In this document: positions 1-7,865 of the stretch, piece by piece | Layout: every line of letters starts with the position of its first letter | How positions within the stretch are numbered: position 1 is the stretch's first letter | Source: Bacteroidia bacterium | GTDB lineage: Bacteria > Bacteroidota > Bacteroidia > M30B66 | Assembly (NCBI GenBank): GCA_965279035.1 | Contig: OZ257142.1 | Location: forward strand, 2,048,001-2,112,000 | Length of the DNA: 64,000 nucleotides | Direction: 5' to 3' | Notes under the pieces: model-generated | What the model saw: only the letters and a program-made list of their open reading frames with translations | The model's database searches: none | Told to the model about the DNA's origin: nothing | Translations under genes and position numbers: made by a program

Positions 1-1503
1 TTGAGAAGATCCAGAACAATACGGAGAGCCTGTATAGTTTATAGTTGCTGTTCCAACAGAAGAGGAGCAACATTGATTGGCTAATGATGAAAATGAGTAG
101 GTGTTTGAACTATTCCAACAACAATACTGAACCTTTAATGAATACAATGTTCCTCCTAAAGCAGTTGTGAAATAATCAATTACTTGATCAATGGTATTAC
201 AACCACCTTGGTATTGATCATTGTCACAGGAATAAGCACAAATAATATTGGGATTTCCATTTGCATTACTTAATGCTGCTGGAGGATAATTAATATTCGA
301 ATAATTGGCAGGAATTGGACCATCAATACTTGTTGAAAAAACACCTTGTCCGCAGTGATCGTGGTTGGTATCTGGAAAACCTGCACGAATCACTTGTGTT
401 ACATTGCTTGCATAGGTTCCAGTTATATGAATTATGACTGGTTCATAGCTCAATACTCCAATTTTTACATTGGGAATATTTTGATCCATATTGATATTTA
501 ATATTCCTCCGTCATAATTGGCAAATAGCAACATATTTCCACTTGGGTCGCAAGATGGCTGACTTGATGATTGTATATTTACAGTTGTTGTGGTAGAGAA
601 ATTATTACACGAAGCATCTAATGTATAAGTAACCGTATACAAACTTGGTGTGCTACTCGATGGTGTAATTGCACCTGTTGAAGAATCGATAGTCAATCCT
701 GCTTCAGCACTAAAAATACCTGAAGTATTTCCTGTAATATTTACATTTTGTGGACTTGATATCCCCGTACTGTAGCTACTTTGATCATACGATATGGTAG
801 CTTCACACTCGTTTATAGCAATATCACAGATGTTTTGCCATATAGAATCAACTTGTGTACTCGTTAATAATTCAGAACTAATTGAGGCATATTTAATACA
901 ACCCGCTTTACTTTCACAGGTAACAACATTGTCGTCTCGGAAAAATATAATGGGTGTTGAAGAACTTGCAGGACGATATAAATTCCCTGAATCGGTGTAG
1001 GATCCAAACAAAGTCCCATTTACATAAATGGAGATTAAATTGGAATTTCCATCACGAACAAACGTAAATAAATAATACAAATCGGGTTGAAAAAAAGGGC
1101 ATGTACCAATATTGCCATTTGGATAAAAATTTAGGCAATTATTTAAGAGATATATTCCAGCATCTGCTGTACTATTCGAAAAATCAATAATTCTTGAATA
1201 TCCAGTTAAGCTAGAAAATTTAAAGAAAAGGTTAATGCTATATTGATTTGTAATGGAGGTATTTGGATAACTTAATCCTCCTCCGGCATTAAAACAAAAT
1301 GCTGTTGCAGTTGTGCATAATCCATCGGATGTTGTTATATCTCCTTCGCTAAAACCACCCGAAACAGCTGTACAAGAGAGGACTTCATTTAATGGAAGCC
1401 CAGTTCCTGTTGGATTAAAATTAGAATTGAAGAAAAATTCGGATTGAGAATTTAAAATTCCACCTAGGAAGACCAAGAAAATAATTAGGAACTGTTTTAA
1501 CAT
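1..1503 (-). CDS. N-terminal part of a large secreted protein (signal peptide, LamG/concanavalin-like domain, Ig-like segments); probable T9SS cargo, runs off the window edge
   Basis: Not in the ORF track (no stop in window). Manual translation from ATG 1503 (alternative 1512): MLKQFLIIFLVFLGGILNSQSEFFFNSNF...YSINLFFKFSSLTGYSRIIDF...FTFVRDGNSNLISIYVNGTL...GLTIDSSTGAITPSSSTPSLYTVTY; no stop in the roughly 1.1 kb translated by hand. Confidence 0.75.
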   Translation of the reverse strand, partial: MLKQFLIIFLVFLGGILNSQSEFFFNSNFNPTGTGLPLNEVLSCTAVSGGFSEGDITTSDGLCTTATAFCFNAGGGLSYPNTSITNQYSINLFFKFSSLTGYSRIIDFSNSTADAGIYLLNNCLNFYPNGNIGTCPFFQPDLYYLFTFVRDGNSNLISIYVNGTLFGSYTDSGNLYRPASSSTPIIFFRDDNVVTCESKAGCIKYASISSELLTSTQVDSIWQNICDIAINECEATISYDQSSYSTGISSPQNVNITGNTSGIFSAEAGLTIDSSTGAITPSSSTPSLYTVTYTLDASCNNFSTTTTVNIQSSSQPSCDPSGNMLLFANYDGGILNINMDQNIPNVKIGVLSYEPVIIHITGTYASNVTQVIRAGFPDTNHDHCGQGVFSTSIDGPIPANYSNINYPPAALSNANGNPNIICAYSCDNDQYQGGCNTIDQVIDYFTTALGGTLYSLKVQYCCWNSSNTYSFSSLANQCCSSSVGTATINYTGSPYCSGSSQ

Positions 1504-1682
1504 AACAAGCATGTATTATCTGCTAAAACTAATAAAAAAATAGCAATTGTATTATTTCACTTGTTAATTGAGATTGAAATGAAATTGAAAATTATTATCA
1601 TAAAATCCACCTTAATAAATTGTAATTCATCAATTTATTTTAATTCAAATTATCGACTTTATTTGTAATTAAAATTAAGTAG

Positions 1683-2585
1683 ATGAAAATCATTAGTAAA
1701 TCAGGTTTTAAAAGCGAATCTGGATTTCAAGAATATTCAAACTGGGTTCAAAAAGTAGCTGAACAAAATGGAATTCAGTATGAACTCATCACCATCCAAA
1801 CTTCACTTGGTTCAACGCAAGTATATATTCGTCCATCCTCTGCAAAAGAAACACTTGTTATTTTTCCAGGGTTCAGAACTTCATCTTTGTTTTGGGATTT
1901 GGATAATGGCTTAAGTGAATTGAGTAAATATTTTAAAATATATCTTGTTGAAACCAATGGACAACCCAATGGGAGCGATGGAAATACACCATCTATAAAA
2001 AGTTTGGATTATGGTTATTGGGCGAAAGAAGTTTTAATCGGATTATCTATTCAAAAAACATCCATTGCAGGTGCTTCATTTGGTGGAACGGTTGCTCTGA
2101 AATTAAGTACTGTTGCTCCCGAAATGATAGACAAAGTCTTTTTATTGAATCCGGGATGTTTACAAAATTTCTCCATGAATTGGACGAATTTGAAATTCAA
2201 TTTGCTTCCAATCATTTCTCCCAGTCGAAAAAATATTGAACGATTTTTAAATGAAATTGTATTTCATCCACCCATACATACTCTATCTCCAAAATCATTT
2301 GAAATTATTGTAGAATACCAACTAATGGCTTTGAAATCTTGGAAAGATAAAGCTCAAAAGCCTTATGGATTTTCTAAAATCGAATTAAATGCAGTAAGTT
2401 CTGATGTATATTTATTGGAAGGTGAAAATGATTTGTTATTTCCTTACGAAAAGTCTATACACATTGCCAAAGAAAATCTACCCAATTTAATAGATTACAA
2501 AATGCTGCCTTCTACAGGTCATGGAATAGAATGTTCTTCCATAGCTATGAAGCAAATATTAGATTGGTTAAATCCTAATTATTAA
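1683..2585 (+). CDS. alpha/beta fold hydrolase
   Basis: Nucleophile elbow GASFGG, acid in GENDLL, catalytic His in TGHG. Confidence 0.85.
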   Translation: MKIISKSGFKSESGFQEYSNWVQKVAEQNGIQYELITIQTSLGSTQVYIRPSSAKETLVIFPGFRTSSLFWDLDNGLSELSKYFKIYLVETNGQPNGSDGNTPSIKSLDYGYWAKEVLIGLSIQKTSIAGASFGGTVALKLSTVAPEMIDKVFLLNPGCLQNFSMNWTNLKFNLLPIISPSRKNIERFLNEIVFHPPIHTLSPKSFEIIVEYQLMALKSWKDKAQKPYGFSKIELNAVSSDVYLLEGENDLLFPYEKSIHIAKENLPNLIDYKMLPSTGHGIECSSIAMKQILDWLNPNY

Positions 2586-2629
2586 ATAAGCCGTTCCCGT
2601 ATTCCTTTCAAGATTGAAGACCTTTCTTA

Positions 2630-2637
2630 TACATTTG
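2630..2637 (+). promoter_or_regulatory. Bacteroidota sigma70 -7 element (TAnnTTTG) of the efflux operon
   Basis: TACATTTG about 40 bp upstream of ATG 2676. Confidence 0.55.
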
Positions 2638-2675
2638 ACACGAAAGTGCAATTTTCTGCGTTTTCATTTTTTTCT

Positions 2676-4073
2676 ATGAAGCCAAAACTCCTTAGTCGAC
2701 CTTTCATTATTGTGTATTGTATTGTCCTATTTTTTGCTGGATGGGTACTATTGAGTGCTGAAAATTCTAGTAAAAAGGAACAAATCTTTGCAGATGTTAA
2801 ATCGGGAGATTTCATTATTTCCGTTACTACAACTGGTGAAATAAGAGCAAAAACTCAAACAGATATTGATGCTCCCGGTCCCGAAATGCGCGAAGCTGGA
2901 TTATGGAATGGAACTAAAATCGAAGATCTCGTTGCCGAAGGCACAGTAGTAAAAGCTGGTGAATTTGTTGCTTCGCTCGACAAATCTGCCTTGATGACAA
3001 AGCTTCAAGAAGTTAGTTTGGAATTTGACAAAAAGAACTCTGAATTAAAACAAGCTCGTTTAGATACTTCGATCACACTTCGTGATGCACGAGACGAATT
3101 ATTAAATCTAAAATCGGCCAAAGAAGAAGCACGTTTGGAATTGGAACAAAGTGCCTATGAAGCTCCTGCGATCCAGCGACAAAAACAATTATCACTCGAA
3201 AAAGCGGATCGAAATTATATACAAAAACTGGATAATTATAAAACCAAAGTGGAGCAATCAGCCACCAAAGTTGCTATTATTTATGCCGATATGCAAAAAG
3301 CCCAAAATAGCTTGGAGCGTGTAAATGCACTCATGCAAAAAATGATTATTACTGCACCGAAAGATGGGATGGTTATTTATGTAAAGAATTGGAATGGGAA
3401 AAAGAAAGGTGTTGGAAGCACCGTTAGTCCTTGGGAATCGGCAGTTGCAACATTACCCGATTTGCGCGAAATGCAAGTACTCACTTATGTGAATGAAGTT
3501 GATATTCGAAAAATCAAAGTAGGACAAGCTGTCTCTATTCAATTAGATGCAGAACCTGGGAAAAAATTAAAAGGTGTTGTTATACAAGTGGCCAATATTG
3601 GAGAACAAAGACCAAATCAAGATTCCAAAGTATTTGAAGTTATTATTGATGTTCTCACCAAAGATTCTGATTTACGACCTTCGATGACTACAAGCAATGT
3701 GATTCAAATTGAAGAATATCACCAAGTATTATCCGTTCCACTTGAAGCGATAACAACAGAAAAAAAACGCTCTTATGCTTGGGTAAAAGACGGCAATGGT
3801 TTCATAAAACAGGAAGTAAAAGTGGCTGCTGTCAATGATATGGACGCTATGGTATATGCAGGTTTGAAGAAAGAACAAAAAGTGTATTTGAGCACACCTG
3901 AAGATACAAGTGGTGTTGAACACTTAAAAACAGATTCTACACTCAAAATTCCTAAACCGTATATTGATTTAAAAGAACAAGCAATATTAAACGAACATCT
4001 CAAGAAAAATGAACCAATGATTCAACGAGATAAAGCAAATGAAGGTGGAGAAATGATTATTATTTCAGAATAA
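2676..4073 (+). CDS. efflux RND/ABC transporter periplasmic adaptor subunit (MacA/HlyD-like)
   Basis: N-terminal TM anchor, EGTVVKAGE lipoyl half motif, coiled coil, ITAPKDGMV, VNEVDIRKIKVGQ; ATG 2676 preferred over GTG 2646. Confidence 0.85.
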   Translation: MKPKLLSRPFIIVYCIVLFFAGWVLLSAENSSKKEQIFADVKSGDFIISVTTTGEIRAKTQTDIDAPGPEMREAGLWNGTKIEDLVAEGTVVKAGEFVASLDKSALMTKLQEVSLEFDKKNSELKQARLDTSITLRDARDELLNLKSAKEEARLELEQSAYEAPAIQRQKQLSLEKADRNYIQKLDNYKTKVEQSATKVAIIYADMQKAQNSLERVNALMQKMIITAPKDGMVIYVKNWNGKKKGVGSTVSPWESAVATLPDLREMQVLTYVNEVDIRKIKVGQAVSIQLDAEPGKKLKGVVIQVANIGEQRPNQDSKVFEVIIDVLTKDSDLRPSMTTSNVIQIEEYHQVLSVPLEAITTEKKRSYAWVKDGNGFIKQEVKVAAVNDMDAMVYAGLKKEQKVYLSTPEDTSGVEHLKTDSTLKIPKPYIDLKEQAILNEHLKKNEPMIQRDKANEGGEMIIISE

Positions 4074-4077
4074 ATAA

Positions 4078-5427
4078 ATGGAGTTTGAACGATTTATTTT
4101 CAATTTTAAAATTGGAGCAGAAGCTTTAATTGCCAATCGCTTCAGAGCGATTCTCACCTCCTTGGGTATTATTTTCGGAGTAGCTGCAGTCATTGCTATG
4201 TTGGCAATTGGTGCTGGTACAGAAAAAGAAATCATAGAGCAAATCAAACAAATTGGTTCAAATAATATTGTCATTAAATCACGTATCGAAAAAAAGAAAA
4301 CAATTGAAGATGATCCTGCAATTCAAGTCAAACAAGAAAGCGGGAAATTCAGTCCAGGACTCAGTTTAGCGGATGCTGATAATATTCAAAAAAGCATTCC
4401 CGATATTCAATTTATAAGTCCTGAGATTGAATCCGAAATGTCGTTTTATACAGAAGGATTAATTACTTCAGGCAATTTAATTGGAATTACTAATCGTTAT
4501 TTCGAAACCAATAATTTGCAAATCAATCAGGGATTTGCTTTTTCGAATGATCAACTTAAAAATGCAGCATCTGTTTGTATTATCGGCAGAGGAATTAAAG
4601 CTAAATTATTCTCTAAAACAGAACCTATTGGACAAAGACTTAAATGTGGTGGTGTTTGGCTTACTGTTATTGGTGTTTTAGAGAATCGAGATGTATCACA
4701 ATCAGCAGCACAAAAATTATCCATCCGTAATGTAAATTCTGAGGTTTATATTCCTGTAGAAACTATGTTGATGCGATTTTATAATCGATCGAATGTAACA
4801 GTAGCAGATATAAAATTGGCCAATGAACAATCGGAAGATGATGAAGCAATCAAACCAGATACTAAAGAAGAAAACTATCATCAAATTGATCGGATGATTG
4901 TAAATGTGAAAGACAGCAAACACATCGAGGCGACTGTTGAATTGATAGAGAAAATTCTACGAAGACGTCACAACGAAGTTGATGATTACGAGATTGTTGT
5001 TCCTGAACTCTTACTTAAACAAGAACAAAGAACACGTAAGCTCTTTAATATCGTTTTAGCTGTTATTGCTGGAATTTCTTTATTGGTTGGCGGAATAGGA
5101 ATTATGAATATCATGTTGGCTTCTGTTCTCGAAAGAACCAAAGAAATAGGACTTCGTCTTTCCATTGGAGCAAGACGAAAAGACATTGTCTTTCAATTTA
5201 TTGCAGAAGCAATTATGATCAGTTTAAGTGGAGGATTGTTGGGAATTATACTCGGTATCGTCATTAGTATATTGATTGAAAAACTTGCTGGAATTCAAAC
5301 AATTATTTCGGGTGCTTCGGTCATGCTTTCTTTTATTGTGTCGGTATCGGTTGGATTATTATTCGGGATATTTCCAGCTAAACGTGCCTCAGAACAAAGT
5401 CCAATGGAATCTTTACGTTATGAATAG
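4078..5427 (+). CDS. ABC transporter permease, MacB/FtsX family (no fused ATPase)
   Basis: RAILTSLGIIFGVAAVIAM; ISLLVGGIGIMNIMLASVLERTKEIGLRLSIGA; GIFPAKRAS. Confidence 0.9.
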   Translation: MEFERFIFNFKIGAEALIANRFRAILTSLGIIFGVAAVIAMLAIGAGTEKEIIEQIKQIGSNNIVIKSRIEKKKTIEDDPAIQVKQESGKFSPGLSLADADNIQKSIPDIQFISPEIESEMSFYTEGLITSGNLIGITNRYFETNNLQINQGFAFSNDQLKNAASVCIIGRGIKAKLFSKTEPIGQRLKCGGVWLTVIGVLENRDVSQSAAQKLSIRNVNSEVYIPVETMLMRFYNRSNVTVADIKLANEQSEDDEAIKPDTKEENYHQIDRMIVNVKDSKHIEATVELIEKILRRRHNEVDDYEIVVPELLLKQEQRTRKLFNIVLAVIAGISLLVGGIGIMNIMLASVLERTKEIGLRLSIGARRKDIVFQFIAEAIMISLSGGLLGIILGIVISILIEKLAGIQTIISGASVMLSFIVSVSVGLLFGIFPAKRASEQSPMESLRYE

Positions 5428-6874
5428 AATACACCTGCTTTACCTATTTTTATTGATAACAAATAGCATTTCTGCTCAACAAATTCTGACATTAAAGGAA
5501 GCTATTCGTTTGGGGCAAGAAAGCAGTCCTGTAGGAAAACAAATTCGTGCTTCATACAAAAGCAATCGCTGGCAATTTAAAGCAGCTCAAGCAAGTCGGT
5601 TGCCACAGCTAAATTTAACAGGTTCTGCACCGGGTTACACTCGAAGAATAAATCAAGTATTTCAACCCGATGGTTCTTTCGTATTTGCTCCTGTTCAGCA
5701 AGCATATTCGAGCGGAAATCTTTCTATCAGCCAAAATATTTTAGCAACGGGTGGTACATTAAGTATTGGAAGTGGTTTTAGTAGAGGAGATATTTTCAGT
5801 GGAATCAACTCTACTTTTTACCAATCTAACCCTTTAGCAATCAACCTTTCACAACCACTGCTTCGATTTAATTCGATGAAATGGCAATGGAAACAAAATC
5901 AACTTCAAATGCACATGGCATCTCGGCAACAAGTCGAAAGCCTTGAAGACCTTTCAATTTCTATTACTCAACGCTATTTTGATTTATATACTGCATTATT
6001 ACAATTAAAAAATGCCGAATTGAATCAAGCTATAAACGACACCATTTATAAAATTGCTAAAGGAAGATATGGAGTAGGGAAAATAGCTGAAAATGAATTG
6101 CTTCAAGTAGAACTTAGTTTTACAAACGCCCGAAATGCAGTTGAAAAACAAAAGTTAAATATTGTTTTAGCAGAGAGACAATTAGAATTACTCATTGGCC
6201 GTCCTGTAAAAAGCAACGAAGTAAGCCCACCCATTGAAATTCCTGATATCCAACCCGAACCTAGCAAAGCTGTTTCTGAAGCAAAGAATAATCGAAGCGA
6301 CCTTATAGGTTGGAAAATGAATGAAAATCAAGCTCAACGTGCCTATCGTGAAGCTCAATTAAGTAGACGTTTGTCGGCCGATATGAATATTAGTTATGGG
6401 TTGAATCAAACGGGCGCAACATTCGATGCATCAACTAAAAATCCTCTAGAATCGCAGTTTGCTGGAATTAACTTTTCCATTCCTATTGCTTCTATGGGAA
6501 TGAATCGAGCACAACAAAAATCAGCTCAATACAATTTAGAAGCGCAACACGAGCAAAACGCCAATAATTTAAATAATCTCGAAATGGAAGTTTTTGCTTC
6601 TGCTCTCCAGTTTAGTCAATTACGTTCGAGTCTTCACATTTCTTCCATTGCAGATACAATCGCCCAAAAACGCTACGAAGTTGCTCGAAATAGATATCGT
6701 ATTGGAACAGTCGATATAACGAATCTCTTAATTGCTCAAAACGAAAAAGATCAGGCACTTATTACCTATGTGAGCACCCTTAGAGATTTTTGGATTGCCT
6801 ATTATCGACTTCGTCGTCTTACATTATTTGATTTTGAGAAAAACGAACGACTCTATTCTGATACTATTCAATAG
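5420..6874 (+). CDS. TolC family outer membrane efflux protein
   Basis: Signal peptide from ATG 5420 (MNRIHLL), LTLKEAI, RYGVGKIAENELLQVEL and RYRIGTVDITNLLIAQ repeats; operon context. Confidence 0.85.
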   Translation: MNRIHLLYLFLLITNSISAQQILTLKEAIRLGQESSPVGKQIRASYKSNRWQFKAAQASRLPQLNLTGSAPGYTRRINQVFQPDGSFVFAPVQQAYSSGNLSISQNILATGGTLSIGSGFSRGDIFSGINSTFYQSNPLAINLSQPLLRFNSMKWQWKQNQLQMHMASRQQVESLEDLSISITQRYFDLYTALLQLKNAELNQAINDTIYKIAKGRYGVGKIAENELLQVELSFTNARNAVEKQKLNIVLAERQLELLIGRPVKSNEVSPPIEIPDIQPEPSKAVSEAKNNRSDLIGWKMNENQAQRAYREAQLSRRLSADMNISYGLNQTGATFDASTKNPLESQFAGINFSIPIASMGMNRAQQKSAQYNLEAQHEQNANNLNNLEMEVFASALQFSQLRSSLHISSIADTIAQKRYEVARNRYRIGTVDITNLLIAQNEKDQALITYVSTLRDFWIAYYRLRRLTLFDFEKNERLYSDTIQ

Positions 6875-6926
6875 TCTTTCATAGCCCTCATTTTTCACTC
6901 CATTTTTTAATATTATTTTCCTCTGT

Positions 6927-6953
6927 CTTGAAATCGCATTTTGCGACTTCAAG
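6927..6953. repeat. 27-bp imperfect palindrome CTTGAAATCGCA-TTT-TGCGACTTCAAG; second copy inside the ORF6N gene at 7362-7388
   Basis: 24/27 identical to CTTGAAATCGCAAATTGCGACATCAAG at 7362-7388. Confidence 0.8.
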
Positions 6954-7176
6954 TTATATTAACCTTGATATTGTTGAGTTTCATAGATTTTAATTCTTTT
7001 TTTAATTTTCAAATCCTTTAATTTAATCGTCATAACAACCATGCCCTATTTTTCACTCTTTATTTTTACTTCAATTTACTTTTAAATACTATTATCCGTT
7101 TTAAACGTATATACATGTTTAAACACATGTTATTTCAAAATCTGTTTATTAGAATTGTTCTCTTAAATAATAGATT

Positions 7177-7734
7177 ATGGAAGATGAACAATCAATTGAA
7201 AATAAAATATTTTTCATTCGTAACCAACGGGTTATGTTAGATAGTGATTTGGCTATCATTTATGGTGTAGAAACACGAAGACTTAACGAACAATTTAAAC
7301 GCAATGAATCTAGATTTCCACGTGATTTTGCATTTCGTTTAACACCAGCCGAATGGCTCAACTTGAAATCGCAAATTGCGACATCAAGTGCTGAACAGCC
7401 CTATATTACTGATAGTACAGAAGATTTGAGTTCTCAAGAATGGGGCGGAAGACGCAAGATGCCCATTGTTTTTACAGAGCATGGTTCTGTAATGCTTGCC
7501 AGTGTTTTAAATAGCTCTAACGCAGTTGAAGCAAGCATATTTGTAGTCAGAGCATTTATACGTTTTCGTCATATGTTCAATACCCAAGATCAATTAGCCA
7601 ACAAAATACTTCAATTGGAAGAAAAATTTGATGGACAATTCAATGTGGTATTCGATGCTTTAAAAAACTTATTTGAACATCCTCCTTTGCCTAAATCACG
7701 TCAAAGAATAGGATATAAGAAAGATCAAGTTTAA
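7177..7734 (+). CDS. ORF6N domain-containing protein (KilA-N-like putative DNA-binding protein)
   Basis: IRNQRVMLDSDLAIIYGVETRRLNEQFKRNESRFPRDFAFRLT, LKSQIATSS, WGGRRKMPIVFTEHGSVMLASVLNS, C-terminal RQRIGY. Confidence 0.88.
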   Translation: MEDEQSIENKIFFIRNQRVMLDSDLAIIYGVETRRLNEQFKRNESRFPRDFAFRLTPAEWLNLKSQIATSSAEQPYITDSTEDLSSQEWGGRRKMPIVFTEHGSVMLASVLNSSNAVEASIFVVRAFIRFRHMFNTQDQLANKILQLEEKFDGQFNVVFDALKNLFEHPPLPKSRQRIGYKKDQV

Positions 7735-7834
7735 ATTTTCACTTGCTTATTTGCAGATAATCAAGCTACAACAATAAAAAAGTATCATTCATTCATATTT
7801 TACAAACATTCGATTTTCCAACACTCAAACCGAC

Positions 7835-7842
7835 TACTTTTG
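7835..7842 (+). promoter_or_regulatory. Bacteroidota -7 promoter element for carB
   Basis: TACTTTTG ending 24 bp before the carB ATG. Confidence 0.55.
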
Positions 7843-7865
7843 CTCTCCGGTTAAACCGGTACCCC

